DNA of 32,000 nucleotides from Wolbachia endosymbiont of Cimex lectularius (GTDB lineage Bacteria; Pseudomonadota; Alphaproteobacteria; Rickettsiales; Anaplasmataceae): NCBI RefSeq assembly GCF_000829315.1, contig NZ_AP013028.1, positions 540,001 to 572,000 of the forward strand, read 5' to 3'. Shown piece by piece: positions 8,838 to 18,273 of this stretch (position 1 is its first letter; each line of letters starts with the position of its first letter). The notes under the pieces were generated by a model. It saw only the letters and a program-made list of their open reading frames with translations, ran no database searches and was not told where the DNA came from. The position numbers and the translations under genes were made by a program.

Positions 8838-10139
8838 ATGTACGTTTGCGGACCAACGGTATATGACACGGCACACATAGGTAATGCGCGTTCTGTTGTT
8901 GTTTACGATGTATTATTTCAACTGCTTAAATTTTGTTATGGCAAAGTTACTTATGTGCGCAACATAACCGATATTGATGATAAGATAATCAACGCAGCAA
9001 GTGAGAAAAATAGCAGTATAGAAAGCATCAGCACATACTACACTAGGGCTTTTCACGAAGACATGAAAAGCATAAACTGTGCAGAGCCAACATATGAACC
9101 AAAAGCAACGGAAAATATAGATTGTATTATCAAATTAATTGAACATTTGCTGCAATCTGGTCATGCCTATGAATCCAATAAGCATGTATATTTTAGCGTA
9201 GAGTCTTACTCTGAGTACGGTGCTTTATCAGGGAAAAAAATTGATGAATTGGACCATGGCAACAGAGTTGAGGTTGGTGAAAACAAAAAGCATCCCGGAG
9301 ATTTTGTACTATGGAAACCTGCAAATGACATTGACTATAAGCTTTCAAGCTACTGGAGTAGTCCATGGGGAAAAGGAAGACCTGGATGGCATATAGAATG
9401 TTCAGCAATGTCACATGCTTACCTTGGTCAAGACTTTGACATTCACGGCGGCGGTATAGATTTACAATTTCCTCATCATGAGAATGAAATTGCACAGAGT
9501 AAATCTGCATTTGCCGGATCAGTATTTGCAAAATATTGGGTACACAACGGTTTTCTTACGGTAAATGAAGAAAAGATGAGCAAGTCTTTATTTAATATAG
9601 TCAAGGTAAGAGATCTACTCCATGACGGAATAAAGGGTGAAGTAATACGTCATGCACTGCTCAAAACTCACTATAGAAAACCACTTGATTGGACAAAAAA
9701 TGTTATTTCTGAGTCACAAAAAACTCTAAACAAGTTTTATCGGTTATTACGTGACGTGGACGTAATAACTATTGAGAAAAGTGATGCAGAAGTCTCTAAA
9801 GATTTCGTAGAGGTTTTAAAAAACGACTTAAATATCCCTGAAGCCTTAGTCATATTGCATGAAATGGCCACAAAAATCAATAGAACGAGTAACAAAAATG
9901 AGAAGCTCAAATTAACTGAGAGTTTCGTTAAGAGCGCAAGATTTATTGGTCTTCTCAGGTCAAGTTATCAAGAGTGGTTTACTGCTGGCGTGAGTCATCA
10001 AGAAATAGAAAGACTGATAGATTTAAGAAGGACAGCAAAACAAAACAAAGATTACGATACTGCAGACAAAATAAGAGAGCAACTAAAACAAATGGGAATC
10101 TCAATCTCTGATAACGAAGATGGTACAACGACCTTGTAA
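8838..10139 (+). CDS. cysS: Cysteinyl-tRNA synthetase (annotated start probably not the biological N-terminus; see finding)
   Basis: [66 protein letters not shown]. Confidence 0.97.
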   Translation: [433 protein letters not shown]

Positions 10140-10145
10140 ACTTAT

Positions 10146-10559
10146 ATGGAAAATTATCTTCTGTTGTTCACAGATAACTTAATATCATCGCTGATCTTAC
10201 CTATATATCAAGGTTTTGTGTTTCATACTATATTGTATTTCAGGTCGTATTACAATCCACTACTTATGTTACTTTTTGGAGTATTGGGATCAAGCATCGG
10301 TGGGGTGGTTAATTGGTATTTAGGTAGAATAACAATTTCTATCAGGAAGTCATACCACAAACTAGAGAGCGGGCATAAAACACCAAAAATCATAAGAAAT
10401 CTACTGATCTGTACAGTTGCACTACTTTCGTGGGTGCCAGCACTTGGAAGCGCGATTCAAGTTTTATCAGGTTATTTTAAGCTAAACCTCAGTGTTTTTA
10501 CTTTGTTAACTATCCTATCCAACTTTTTCTACTTGTTATACCTCCTCATTACTGTTTAG
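10146..10559 (+). CDS. YqaA/DedA-like small membrane protein
   Basis: 137 aa with a glycine-rich segment FGVLGSSIGGVVNWYLGR and LSWVPALGSAIQVLSGYFKLNLSVF, resembling YqaA-family proteins. Confidence 0.7.
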   Translation: MENYLLLFTDNLISSLILPIYQGFVFHTILYFRSYYNPLLMLLFGVLGSSIGGVVNWYLGRITISIRKSYHKLESGHKTPKIIRNLLICTVALLSWVPALGSAIQVLSGYFKLNLSVFTLLTILSNFFYLLYLLITV

Positions 10560-11406
10560 TAGCTTTTGTCTTACGCCCATCAATGCAGCTACAATTAGTA
10601 CTTTTATCATTACATTTTGGCGTTAAGTCAGGATAGAACGTAAGTATGGCATCATTCTTTCTCACAAACACCGATTGATAATTGTCATCTTCCATTTTAT
10701 ATAGGCACATTCCATCTTTTCCCAATGCCTTAAATGCTTTAGTTGCTGAGACTAAAATATCATCAGCATGAAGGTTATATGCATACCCATTTGGGCACTT
10801 AACTTTTACTTCTCCATCTTTTCCTAAATATTTCATTCCAAATGTATAAACTGGTGGATCAACTTCTAATTTATTGCACAGAGACTTATCATTCCAAATC
10901 GCACCTGCCCATTTATCTTCTTGAGCCTCAACGTACCTACCTACAAAATGCATACCACCAAGCCCCAATCTATCTGGCTCACCACAAAAAATATGTCCAA
11001 ACCCTATAGTTTCTTTTTCAATTCCGCTATTTGTAAACCAAATCTTAGTTAGTTCATCCTTGAATAACTCCAAGTCTGCATTTGGTGTAATCACTTGATG
11101 GTCGAGCCTATCATATATTCCTTCTACTACTTCTTGATGTTGCAGACAATTAAGCAAAATTCTGAAATCTTCTTTATCGGGGTGTGATCCCCAATCTCCA
11201 CAAACTTTTAACACTCCCCTATCAAAGTCAGTCAACTCCGGAAGTGGTGGAATGTAGTCTGGCCCCGCAGAATTTGTTTTGAAGAATGGCTCAAAATCAA
11301 TTCGTGAGTTTGGATCATTAAAGTGATGATCTTTAATATAAAAAACAAATCCTATTACCGGTATTATTAAGCATAAAATTAGCTTATTTTTCTTTGACAT
11401 AATCAC
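10549..11406 (-). CDS. Putative secreted or membrane-anchored EndoU-like endoribonuclease
   Basis: N-terminal hydrophobic segment LILCLIIPVIGFVFYI, then GFGHIFCGEPDRLGLGGMHFVGRYVEAQ, resembling the EndoU two-histidine motif (GFEHVFxGE...GFHNWxxFYxxE); downstream FGMKY lysine; many cysteines. Confidence 0.55.
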   Translation of the reverse strand: MIMSKKNKLILCLIIPVIGFVFYIKDHHFNDPNSRIDFEPFFKTNSAGPDYIPPLPELTDFDRGVLKVCGDWGSHPDKEDFRILLNCLQHQEVVEGIYDRLDHQVITPNADLELFKDELTKIWFTNSGIEKETIGFGHIFCGEPDRLGLGGMHFVGRYVEAQEDKWAGAIWNDKSLCNKLEVDPPVYTFGMKYLGKDGEVKVKCPNGYAYNLHADDILVSATKAFKALGKDGMCLYKMEDDNYQSVFVRKNDAILTFYPDLTPKCNDKSTNCSCIDGRKTKATKQ

Positions 11407-11457
11407 GATACAGCTTTACAAAAAAAGCTAGGGTACAAATAACAATTTAAAAAAGCT

Positions 11458-12657
11458 TTAATCCGACGTTAATTGTAGTGCAACAACTCCTGGCATTCCG
11501 TCACCACTTAGCCAGCTTAAAAACGCCCCTCCACCAGTTGAAACATACGTAAAATCTTTATCAGTAAGACCTGCAGCATTTATTGCAGATAAACTATCTC
11601 CTCCCCCTATCACGCTAGTTAATTTTCCCTCGTGTGTCAAGCTACTTACGGTTTTCATCACCTCTATTGTGCCATTTGCAAAAGCTGAATGTTCAAAGAC
11701 ACCGATAGGTCCATTCCACAGCAGGGTTTTGCTGCTTGCTATTACACTGCTTATCGTGCTCAAGGTTTTAGGGCCGATATCCAAAATTACATCATCATCC
11801 AAAATGGATTCGGTGTTTCTTAAAACGCCAGTGTTGTAATCAGAGTTTACTGCAACTAAAGCATCTTCAGGTACAATTATTTTACAATTGTTTTTATTTG
11901 CTGTTTCAATAACACTATGAAGAAAATCCTCAACGCCACTTTGAAAGAAAGATTTGCCGATATTCACTCTATTGAACAACAAAAAATTGTTAGCAATTGC
12001 ACCACCAAGAACCAGATAATCGACCTTTTCTGCTAGTTTTATAAGCATTTTTATTTTAGTTGATATTTTAGCTCCCCCAACTATCGCAGTAATAGGTTTA
12101 GCGTCAAATGATATGGCCTTTTCAAGATACTTTAGCTCATCTTGTAAGCAAAATCCTGCATAGGAAAGCAAAAATTCTGTAATGCGTGAAATAGAAGCGT
12201 GGGCTCTGTGAGAGCAAGAAAATGCATCATTTACATATATATCTGCTAGTGATGCTAGTTGTTTAGCAAAATTCGAGTCATTCTGCTCCTCTCCTTTATA
12301 AAATCTCAGATTTTCCAGTAATATTACATCTCCTTTATCCATCTCATTTACTGCTTTTTGCACTTTTTCGCCAATGCAATCATTGACAAACTTTACCTTT
12401 TTATTTAATAGCTGCGATAAAGTTTCAACTATATTTTTTAGTGACAAACTATCGTTTTTGGCTTTTGGGCGTCCAAAATGTGATGTAATAATAACCTTTG
12501 CGCTCGCATTCACCAAATGCTGAATAGTAGGCAATGCTCTCAAAATACGAGTGGCATCATGAACCTTTCCATTTTTTACAGGAACATTAAAGTCAACTCT
12601 GAGTAAGACAGTTTTATCGTGAAAATCACAATTCTCCATGCTAGACACATTTATCAT
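11458..12657 (-). CDS. pgk: Phosphoglycerate kinase
   Basis: LLRVDFNVPVKNGKVHDATRILRALPTI, SHFGRPK, LENLRFYKGEE, LWNGPIGVFE, STGGGAFLSWLSG. Confidence 0.98.
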   Translation of the reverse strand: MINVSSMENCDFHDKTVLLRVDFNVPVKNGKVHDATRILRALPTIQHLVNASAKVIITSHFGRPKAKNDSLSLKNIVETLSQLLNKKVKFVNDCIGEKVQKAVNEMDKGDVILLENLRFYKGEEQNDSNFAKQLASLADIYVNDAFSCSHRAHASISRITEFLLSYAGFCLQDELKYLEKAISFDAKPITAIVGGAKISTKIKMLIKLAEKVDYLVLGGAIANNFLLFNRVNIGKSFFQSGVEDFLHSVIETANKNNCKIIVPEDALVAVNSDYNTGVLRNTESILDDDVILDIGPKTLSTISSVIASSKTLLWNGPIGVFEHSAFANGTIEVMKTVSSLTHEGKLTSVIGGGDSLSAINAAGLTDKDFTYVSTGGGAFLSWLSGDGMPGVVALQLTSD

Positions 12658-12680
12658 AAAACTAAGGAGCTATAAAATCA

Positions 12681-13709
12681 CTATACAGCAGTTTGACCTA
12701 AAGTAAATCGCTTGTGCGCCATCTTTGAAGTTGAGTATTGAAAATTAACTGGAGAATTGCGGATCACTTTGTGTATGTCATAACAAGCCATAGCGCTCTC
12801 AGCAAAGCCATTTAGTATCAACTTTAGTTTGCCTGAGTAAGTAGCTATATCTCCAATTGCATATATCCTATCTCTACTGGTTCTCAGTGTAGCCTGATCA
12901 ACAACTATACGGCTGTGTTCTAACTGTATGCCCCAATTGTTTATTGGACTCAAATTCATTGACAGCCCGAAAAATGGCAGTAAAAAATCAGCAGATATTT
13001 TTCTTTCTTCCTTGGAGGCAATGTTTTTCACTATCACTGCACTCAATTGCCCATTATTTCCGGCTAGTTCGTGTAATTGATATGGCGTTACAAGTTCTAT
13101 TTTTCCACTGCTTTCAAGTAATTCCAATTCATTTCTAGTTTTGGCAACACAACGAAATTCCTTTCTTCGATGTATCACATAAATTTTCTTTGCAACTTTA
13201 GAGAGCTCTATGGTCCAATCAGCCGCAGAATCCCCTCCTCCTGCGATGACTATAGTTTTATTCTGAAAATCAGAAATTTTATTTACGCTATAAAATATAG
13301 ATTTATTTTCATATTCTAATATACCGCCGAGGGGTGGGCGGTTAGGCTCAAACATTCCATTTCCTGCAGCAATGACAACAGCTTTGCATTTCACTTCTGT
13401 ACCTATGTTCGTTATTACAGTAAAGTTTTGACCGTCGTTATCCGAGATGTTTTCCACCTTTTGACTTAAGTGGTAAACAGGCTCAAATGGCGAAGCTTGC
13501 TCGATTAATTGTTCAATTAGCTTTTGAGCAGTAATTATAGGATAACCAGGTATATCGTATATCGGTTTTTCTGGGTAAAGAGCGGTACATTGCCCTCCCG
13601 CTTGATCTAAAATATCTATTATATGACATCTCATATCGAGCATTCCCGCTTGAAAAGCAGTGAATATTCCAACAGGTCCTGCACCTATTATTACAATGTC
13701 AGTTTCCAT
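12681..13709 (-). CDS. Ferredoxin/flavodoxin--NADP+ reductase type 2 (thioredoxin reductase-like fold)
   Basis: IIGAGPVGIFTAFQAGM, ALYPEKPIYDIPGYP, VIAGGGDSAADWTIEL, IYAIGDIATYSGKLKLILNGFAESAMA. Confidence 0.92.
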   Translation of the reverse strand: METDIVIIGAGPVGIFTAFQAGMLDMRCHIIDILDQAGGQCTALYPEKPIYDIPGYPIITAQKLIEQLIEQASPFEPVYHLSQKVENISDNDGQNFTVITNIGTEVKCKAVVIAAGNGMFEPNRPPLGGILEYENKSIFYSVNKISDFQNKTIVIAGGGDSAADWTIELSKVAKKIYVIHRRKEFRCVAKTRNELELLESSGKIELVTPYQLHELAGNNGQLSAVIVKNIASKEERKISADFLLPFFGLSMNLSPINNWGIQLEHSRIVVDQATLRTSRDRIYAIGDIATYSGKLKLILNGFAESAMACYDIHKVIRNSPVNFQYSTSKMAHKRFTLGQTAV

Positions 13710-13865
13710 ATCAGGTGATAATTTATTTAAATATTAGCTTTTTTTGCGAGCAAGGTCAATCGATTACAAATGTCAGATTCTCGCATAGTTTTTAACGGCG
13801 CGCTAGGCACATACCCAACATAAAAAAACTACTTGACAACTTTCGCCGTCACTCTTAGAACTTGT

Positions 13866-14222
13866 TTAAAATCTTCGTAACAGGAGAGAAATGAAGGAGA
13901 GGACTATCATCTGTAAGCTAGTGTTGAGCTTCCGCTCGCAATTTTTCCACAATCGCCTGCACTTTTCTAACCAGGCAAAAGAGCGTTCAACAACCCATCT
14001 TTTTGGCAATACGACGAAAGTGTGTAACTCACTTCGCTTTATTACTTCAACAGTCGCACCAATGATAGCTTTTATTTGTGTTGCAAAATTTTCTCCTGTG
14101 TAGCCAGCATCAACCAGTATGTTTTTAACTTCAGAGAGGTTTGCTTTAGCATTTTCGACCATTTTCACAGCACTGCTACGGTCAGTTGCTTCTGCCGTTG
14201 TTACATAAATTGCATGTGGCAA
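13866..14222 (-). CDS. IS5-family transposase, C-terminal ORF (orfB)
   Basis: Same 118 aa protein as copy 1. Confidence 0.9.
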   Translation of the reverse strand: MPHAIYVTTAEATDRSSAVKMVENAKANLSEVKNILVDAGYTGENFATQIKAIIGATVEVIKRSELHTFVVLPKRWVVERSFAWLEKCRRLWKNCERKLNTSLQMIVLSFISLLLRRF

Positions 14223-14340
14223 ACCTTGTGTATCAACTGCAATATGGCGCTTTATCCCTGAAATCTTTTTACCTGCATCATAGCCTTTTTTTTCAGCAGT
14301 ATCTGCGTTTTTAACGCTTTGAGAATCAATTATACAAAAG

Positions 14341-14661
14341 CTAGTTTTCTCTTTCCGACCATTGCTGATACGGACCTCTCCAACTAATTTTTTTTAAGAC
14401 TAATTCCAACAAGCTTGGCTCTTCTCCATTCTTTTTACTCCACACTCGAAAATAGTAATATACGCTTTCCCATCTTGGAAAACCCTTTGGTAACATCCTC
14501 CACTGACAACCACTTTTTAAGACGTACAACACCCCACAAAATACATCATACAAATCAAGTTTTCTTGGTTTTGTTTTCTGCTTGCTACTCTCCAAAATTG
14601 GCCTGATTTTTTCAAACTGCTCTTGACTTATATTACTTGGATAACTTTTCTGCATAGACAC
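14341..14661 (-). CDS. IS5-family transposase, N-terminal ORF (orfA)
   Basis: Same 106 aa protein as copies 1 and 3. Confidence 0.92.
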   Translation of the reverse strand: MSMQKSYPSNISQEQFEKIRPILESSKQKTKPRKLDLYDVFCGVLYVLKSGCQWRMLPKGFPRWESVYYYFRVWSKKNGEEPSLLELVLKKISWRGPYQQWSEREN

Positions 14662-15286
14662 CTCATTATTAATCTATGCTTACTTTACCTCACATTTCCA
14701 AGATTTTAAACAGGTTCTTATAATGGTACTGAAGCTATTTGTTTAACTTCCCAATCTGTGCAGGTTAAAATGACAAGAAAACTTGTATTTGGCGTACTAT
14801 TGTTTAATTTTTCGCACTATGTGCACTGCATGTCTTTTTAAAACTACGGGTTTTTACCCATACAAGCTGAAACGCGCTTATAAGTCGTTTAAGACAGTAT
14901 AGAACGTCAAATAGACAAGGGAGAATTTGAATACTAGCTGCCTCAGGGTTTTTTGCCTTTTTTTCCGCCAGTAAAATTCTTAACGTTTACAGTTTTGGTT
15001 AGTTGCATTTAAAAGTAGCTGAATCGTAGCGCTGAGAATAAAAACGCCGATATTTGAGGTACATATAAATAATTAGCCACCGACCGGGGCTTCTTTTGCC
15101 TTTTTTTCTGCTTAGTTTAGGTTATGCAAGAAGTCTGATGTGAAACATATGAAAACAAAGTTAATGACGGAACCCATTAATGTTGACTCTGCCACTTCTT
15201 CAAACGGAGTATTCCCAGCAGTTTTGGTAAAATAATGAAAAATATTCTTTGCTAAACGCTTTAGATGCGCTACTTTTATCCATCGA

Positions 15287-16464
15287 TTGAAAATTTTGAA
15301 TGTGTTACTACCCTTTCTATTAATCTTATCTTTAATTGCCGAATTCATTGGAGTCGGTATTTCCATGCCTAGCTTTCCAGATATGGTGCGCTATTTCAAT
15401 GTATCAAAAGGTACAATTCAGTTGACCGTTTCTTATCATTTTCTAGGCTTTTGCATAGGAGGGTTGTTTTTTGGTCCATTTTCTGAATGCTATGGCCGGA
15501 GGAGAATTATGATCGTAGGCAACGCCTTGTTATTAATAGGTGCTGTTGGCTGCGTTTTTGCGCCGTCGATTTTTTGGCTTTTAACCTCTCGCTTTATTCA
15601 AGGTATAGGTAGCAGTACATCCGCAATCGTACTTGCAATTGTTGCAGACAACTATAAAGGTAGCGAGGCGGTGAAATTTATCGGAATTATGAATTCTGTT
15701 CTCTAGTTGTTCTGGCAATTGCGCCAATTTTAGGTAGTCTCATCAATGAAATTGTAGGATGGCGTGGCAATTATGCAAGTGTTGCAATAATTTGCTTGAT
15801 CTCTTGGTTTTTTTTGCTCTTAGCGTTACCAGAAACAGGAAAGGGTCGTAATATTTTCAGTTTGAAAAAAATAATGAAGGATTACATAAAATTATTGTCT
15901 AGTTCAAAATTTGTGGCGCTATCTTTGATACTAGGCCTGTTTTCTGCTGCTTATATGTCATTTATCACTTGTGGACCTTTTTTATGCATGGAGACTTTTG
16001 GTTTACCTAGCGCTATTTACGCATTACATCAAGGTGCAATAGTTGGATGCTTCTCACTTGTCAGCCTGTTTGCTAGTAAAATCCTGCAGAAATTTGGAGA
16101 AATATGGTGTGTCATTTCTGGTACGAGCGTGATTGCTATCGGATCCCTATTGCTTGTGATATTCAGTGTAACTGTGCCACATTCTTCTTACTTAATGACA
16201 CTATCTATGATTGTTTTTTGCATTGGCTATGCAACTTGCCAAGCAGTTATTTTTAACATATCAATGAATATTTTTCCTGAAATCAAAGGTATAGCTTCTT
16301 CTACAGTCTCATCTGTTAGAACCTTTATTATGGCTATTGTTATCGGTTTGGTGAGCTATGTTTACAACGGTCAAGCAATTAGTGTAGCTATTCTTGTTCT
16401 ATCTGCAGTAGTGTTAGGACCTATTTTTACTGCCTATTTATTGCTTTTAAAAGATCCTGTGTAA
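15287..16464 (+). pseudogene. MFS transporter, Bcr/CflA-like multidrug efflux; split by an apparent 1-nt frameshift near 15700
   Basis: ORFs 15287..15706 and 15796..16464 are in different frames. The intervening sequence in the second frame reads LVVLAIAPILGSLINEIVGWRGNYASVAIICLISWFF, giving a continuous MFS protein. GGLFFGPFSECYGRRRIMIVG is the MFS loop motif. Confidence 0.85.
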
Positions 16465-16480
16465 TTGTTCTATTGTGGCT

Positions 16481-17560
16481 TTAACTCTCTCCCGCCAACC
16501 TTTCTGCTTTGTTGCGTGAAATTAATGCTTCAATAAATTCGTCTAGTTCGCCCTCTTTTATAATTTGCTCTAGCCGATGTGAAGTAAGATTAATTCTATG
16601 GTCTGTTATTCTTGATTGTGGAAAGTTATAAGTTCTTATGCGTTCAGAACGATCTCCAGAGCCTATTTGGCTTTTCCTCATTGTTGACCTTTCCATTTCT
16701 TTTTTTTGTCTTTCAATTTCATATAATCTTGCTCTCAATACTTTGAGCGCTTTAGCTTTATTTTTGTGCTGCGATTTTTCATCTTGCTGTATTACAACTA
16801 TTCCTGTCGGCAGGTGAGTAACTCTTACTGCGCTGTCAGTTGTGTTTACTGACTGTCCTCCAGGGCCGCTAGACCTGTAAACATCTATTCGTAGGTCTTT
16901 CTCCTCTATTGTAAAATCGACCTCCTCAACTTCAGGTAATATGGCAACAGTAGCTGCCGAAGTGTGTAGCCTTCCCGAGGATTCAGTTTCTGGTACCCTC
17001 TGCACCCTATGTACTCCCGATTCAAATTTCAACCTTGCAAAAACTTCTGTGCCATTGATAAGTGCAGAAGCTTCCTTATAACCACCTATACCTGTACTGG
17101 AAATGCTTATTGGCTCAAATTTCCAATTTCTCCTTTCTGCATATTTTTGGTACATGCGGAATAACATTGCTGCAAATAATGCCGCTTCTTCTCCTCCTGT
17201 ACCTGCTCTGATTTCTAATATCGCGTTTCTTGAATCGTCTTCATCTTTAGGCAATAGCGCTAATTTTAGCTTGGCTTTTACTTGTGGTAATGATACCTTT
17301 TGCTTCTCAAGAAGTTCTTCTTTTGCTAACTCTTTTATATCATATTCGCTATTTTCATCTTTGATTATTTCCTCTAAGTCTGAAATTTCTTCTTTCAGCG
17401 TGTTATATTCATCGATTATCCGGATAATCGGCCTGAGTTCAGAGTATTCTTTTGAAAAGTTGATAAATTCTTTTTGACTTAAATTGGTAGGATTTTCTAA
17501 TCTCCTTTCTATATCATTAAATTTTTTCTTCAAATCTTGTAAATTGTTTTCTATATCCAT
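16481..17560 (-). CDS. prfA: Peptide chain release factor 1
   Basis: GGQ motif in [62 protein letters not shown]. Confidence 0.98.
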   Translation of the reverse strand: MDIENNLQDLKKKFNDIERRLENPTNLSQKEFINFSKEYSELRPIIRIIDEYNTLKEEISDLEEIIKDENSEYDIKELAKEELLEKQKVSLPQVKAKLKLALLPKDEDDSRNAILEIRAGTGGEEAALFAAMLFRMYQKYAERRNWKFEPISISSTGIGGYKEASALINGTEVFARLKFESGVHRVQRVPETESSGRLHTSAATVAILPEVEEVDFTIEEKDLRIDVYRSSGPGGQSVNTTDSAVRVTHLPTGIVVIQQDEKSQHKNKAKALKVLRARLYEIERQKKEMERSTMRKSQIGSGDRSERIRTYNFPQSRITDHRINLTSHRLEQIIKEGELDEFIEALISRNKAERLAGES

Positions 17561-17679
17561 AAAGCTCAGATCTAATATTTTAACTGCTTAAGTAAACAAT
17601 ATATGCTTGAAATAAAAAATTTTTTATATCAAGCAATAACATTATAATATACATACTACCTTAGATATTTCTATATATA

Positions 17680-18273
17680 ATGGCAAGAAGGATGACATCA
17701 AACAGCAATTTTATGTTTGGAGCTTCAGACATAAAATCATTACCAGATGAATCGGTTCCAGAGATTGCGTTTGCCGGTAGATCAAATGTAGGAAAATCCA
17801 GTTTAATTAACTTACTGATAAACAGCAAAAAAACTGCCAGAGTTTCTTCTAAACCTGGATGCACTAGACAAATAAATTTTTACTCTATGTATAATGATAA
17901 GTTCAGACTTGTTGATCTGCCAGGGTATGGCTATTCTTGTGCGAGCAAGGAAGAAACAATGCAATATTTAGATCTGATTGAGTATTATTTAGCTCAAAGA
18001 AGAAGCCTAAAAAGAGTATTTGTGTTGGTAGATAGTAAAGTAGGGCTAAAAGAAATAGACAAGGACTTTATTTATTGGTTAACATATAATAATGTTAACT
18101 TTGATGTTGTGCTAACAAAAATAGACAAAGTAGGTCAAAAAAATCTCGATGCCATTCTAGAAAGTACTCAAAAATGGGTTAATAATGAGAATGTGTCAAT
18201 TCATCAAATAAGCACCCGTGCTAAATGTAAAATAGTCAAGGTAAGGGATGAGTTTTTCAAGTTTACAAGATAA
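17680..18273 (+). CDS. engB: Ribosome biogenesis GTP-binding protein YsxC/EngB
   Basis: EIAFAGRSNVGKSSLINLL, RVSSKPGCTRQINFY, LVDLPGYGYSCASKE, VLTKIDKVG. Confidence 0.95.
   Translation: MARRMTSNSNFMFGASDIKSLPDESVPEIAFAGRSNVGKSSLINLLINSKKTARVSSKPGCTRQINFYSMYNDKFRLVDLPGYGYSCASKEETMQYLDLIEYYLAQRRSLKRVFVLVDSKVGLKEIDKDFIYWLTYNNVNFDVVLTKIDKVGQKNLDAILESTQKWVNNENVSIHQISTRAKCKIVKVRDEFFKFTR

Larger units (their letters stand above)
13858..14717 (-). mobile_element. IS5-family insertion sequence, copy 2 (860 bp)
   Basis: GAACTTGTTTAAAATCTT...AAGATTTTAAACAGGTTC ends, TTA direct repeats at 13855..13857 and 14718..14720, nearly identical to copy 1. Confidence 0.95.
13821..15140 (+). repeat. Dispersed non-coding repeat, locus 2, interrupted by IS copy 2
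   Basis: Left part 13821..13857 (taaaaaaactacttgacaactttcgccgtcactctta) and right part from 14721 (taatggtactgaagctattt...tcgcactatgtgcac...acgtcaaatag...gcctttttttctgcttagt) match locus 1 in order. Confidence 0.85.

Noticed and set aside
10549-10559. 11-bp convergent overlap of the YqaA-like and EndoU-like genes
   Set aside because: Small tail-to-tail overlaps are common in compact genomes and not evidence of a special arrangement.
10549-11406. Classical toxin-immunity pair around the EndoU-like gene
   Set aside because: Neighbours are a YqaA-like membrane protein and pgk; no small immunity-like ORF was identified, so no pair is claimed.
15112-15366. 84 aa minus-strand ORF between repeat locus 2 and the MFS gene
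   Set aside because: Overlaps the MFS start and repeat sequence, with no recognisable domain or context; likely spurious.
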